Below, in pieces: positions 61,961-64,000 of a DNA stretch of 64,000 nucleotides. Source of the DNA: Octopus sinensis. Lineage: Eukaryota. How positions within the stretch are numbered: the stretch's first letter is position 1; each line of letters starts with the position of its first letter. The notes below the pieces were generated by a model. It was not told the origin of the DNA. It saw only the letters and a list, made by a program, of their open reading frames with translations, and did not search any database. The stretch is from NCBI RefSeq assembly GCF_006345805.1, contig NC_043003.1:101370001-101434000 (forward strand), given 5' to 3'. Position numbers and translations under genes: made by a program.

Positions 61961-63220
61961 CGTACATCGAAGCTTCACAAAAAAGTGTGTGTGGACAAGT
62001 TGTGTCCTTTAATGTCCAATATGCGACAATTAGGCACGCGTTTGTTTGAGGTGTTGATTTTGTAGTATCGTGGTTCTCATAGTGCCATCCCATTCTAATC
62101 TATACATATATTAGTTAGTGCTGCAATGAGCGCTGCAGAAAGGAGCAGGATGTGCTAAAACAGAACCTGATGCTAGTTCCATTTTAACTAACAAAGTCAG
62201 AAAGTGCTGCAGCTTAAATAGTGAGACGGGAATCCACTTGACAATTTTCCTTTAGTATCTGCATTAAAGGAAACTTGTCCGCACACCTGTTTACGAAGCT
62301 TCGATGGTCATACAAACATTGATTATGATACATATATTTTCATACATACAAACATAAATTTCGGTACGTATATAGATTGGAGTTTCTTACATACATTCAT
62401 AGATTTTCATACATGTTTCCTTTAATGCAGTTTCTAAAGGAAAATTCTAAAATGGATTCATGTCTCACTATTTAAGCTGCAGCACTTTCTGCCTTTGAGT
62501 TAGTTAAAAAAGAACTAGCAACTGCATCTGTTTTAGCACATCCGGCTCCTGATGCTACCCTTAATTTATATGCATCAGATTATGTAGTTAGCGCTGTCTT
62601 GCAGAACAACGTAGATGGTGAAACTAATTTTAAGGCCGCGTTTTGCTCGAACTCAGATATTTTTTTGCCATCGAAACCAAAATCCTTCTAATGCTCTATC
62701 AGTTCTTGTTTCTTGGCCGCATGTTTTTGATCGTGAATATTCTGTCATCGCACTCCGAAGTTATTCAAACTTGATGTTAACAATTATTCCGAGATCTTTT
62801 TATGACTGCACTGCCACAACCATCCTTGAACCATCACATGCACCTCCCTCGACTAAATACAAAGATTACCATAGTTACATAGAGTTATGTATATAAGGAA
62901 ATCTATGTTTATACGAAAATCTACGTATATAAGAAAATTTTGGTACAAAAATCTATGCATGTATGGAAATCTACTTATGAAAATCTATGTATGTATGAAT
63001 ATCTGTGTATGAAAATCTATGTATGAAAATCTATGATTCTTCGAAAATCCATGCATGTGTAAAAATGTGTGTGTATGAAAATCTTTATATGAAAATGTAT
63101 GTTCGAAAATCTACGTCTGGGACAGGAGAATAAGCTGATCACACGTCCTTTCTCCTATCGCCGTGTCTCAACGCTATTGAGGAATGCTATAGAAGTTCTT
63201 CTTCATGTGCTTGAGGGAAC

Positions 63221-64000
63221 TTGCTCGGGTTTGTAAGGGAAATAACTATATAAGCATTTTTAGAGAGTTATAGCCAAAAATTAGCAAAAAATGCATTAAA
63301 AATGGAAAAAATATGATGGTAAATTATTTTTTAAATCGTTGACTCATTGTAGACATTTCTTAGAGAGTTACTTATCTTATATAATAGCGAAAAAATGCAT
63401 TAAAATGGAAAAAAACGATGGTAAATTCTTTTTAAATCGTAGATTTATGTAAACGTTTTCTTAAACGTTTATGTAAACGTTTTCAAGCCATGAAGTTGCA
63501 GTTCTAAAAAAACGCTGGTCTCCTTGACAACGCATTACGACGTTGATTTCCTTCCCCACAGGTGCAGGTGTGAGCGTTGACGCCAACTCCGCCGCCATCG
63601 ACACACGAAAAATTATGCGTAGACGCGCGCTAATAGACGCGCTAATATGAATCACGACTATAAGCTACCCGAATTTGGTTAAACTGCACCGCAAAATGTG
63701 GGAGTAGTTGGAATCTAAATCGAAGGGGACAGACACTCACACAACTACAGTTTTATATATATAGATATACATAGCGCAGTAGTGGTGAGATGTGACAGCA
63801 AAGAAAAGCCTACATTCACTCTCTGCATGCAATTAGACTCGGAAAGTTCGTGAGGAACCCATTGACCCAATTTGCTGACTTTTCCGATAGCACACAGGTC
63901 TCAATGAATGCTAGTTCCTCAACAGTTACGATGAGATTTTGTTCCACCAGGGATTTCAGGCTGTCCTTGTCGAGTTCTACAGATCTTTTAGGATGAGGCT
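63221..64000 (-). mobile_element. Third copy of the Helitron (63221-63765, 3'-truncated) plus mariner block
   Basis: Same junction TATAGATATACATAGCGCAGTAGTGG as at 39017 and 53240. Confidence 0.9.

Overview
Repeat-dominated, AT-rich eukaryotic DNA with no recognisable host gene. The SINE families, the RTE LINE with a (GAT)n tail and the dense TA/TG microsatellites look like an octopod cephalopod genome (inference; no search run). The dominant feature is interstitial telomeric sequence. G-strand (TTAGGG)n arrays at 18.5-20.4 kb point toward a ~9 kb C-strand array at 40.8-49.8 kb, which is a TTAGGG/CTAGGG patchwork with ~2.5-3 kb higher-order repeats. Each side is flanked by satellite DNA sharing the same telomere-junction sequence in mirror orientation. 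Between and around them lie: a decayed Helitron (Rep C-terminal part plus PIF1-type helicase) carrying a nested non-autonomous LTR element (591-bp LTRs, tRNA-Trp PBS, GATT TSD) and joined head-to-tail (CTAG/TC) to a non-autonomous sister; at least five Penelope-like element (PLE) remnants; several minimal type I hammerhead ribozyme motifs, two of which have a complete core and two of which face each other at 3.6-3.9 kb; RTE, CR1/L2-like, Gypsy, piggyBac and mariner fragments; tRNA-derived SINEs; several long palindromes; and a segmentally duplicated satellite mosaic at 50-64 kb. Most long ORFs in the supplied track are simple-repeat artefacts.
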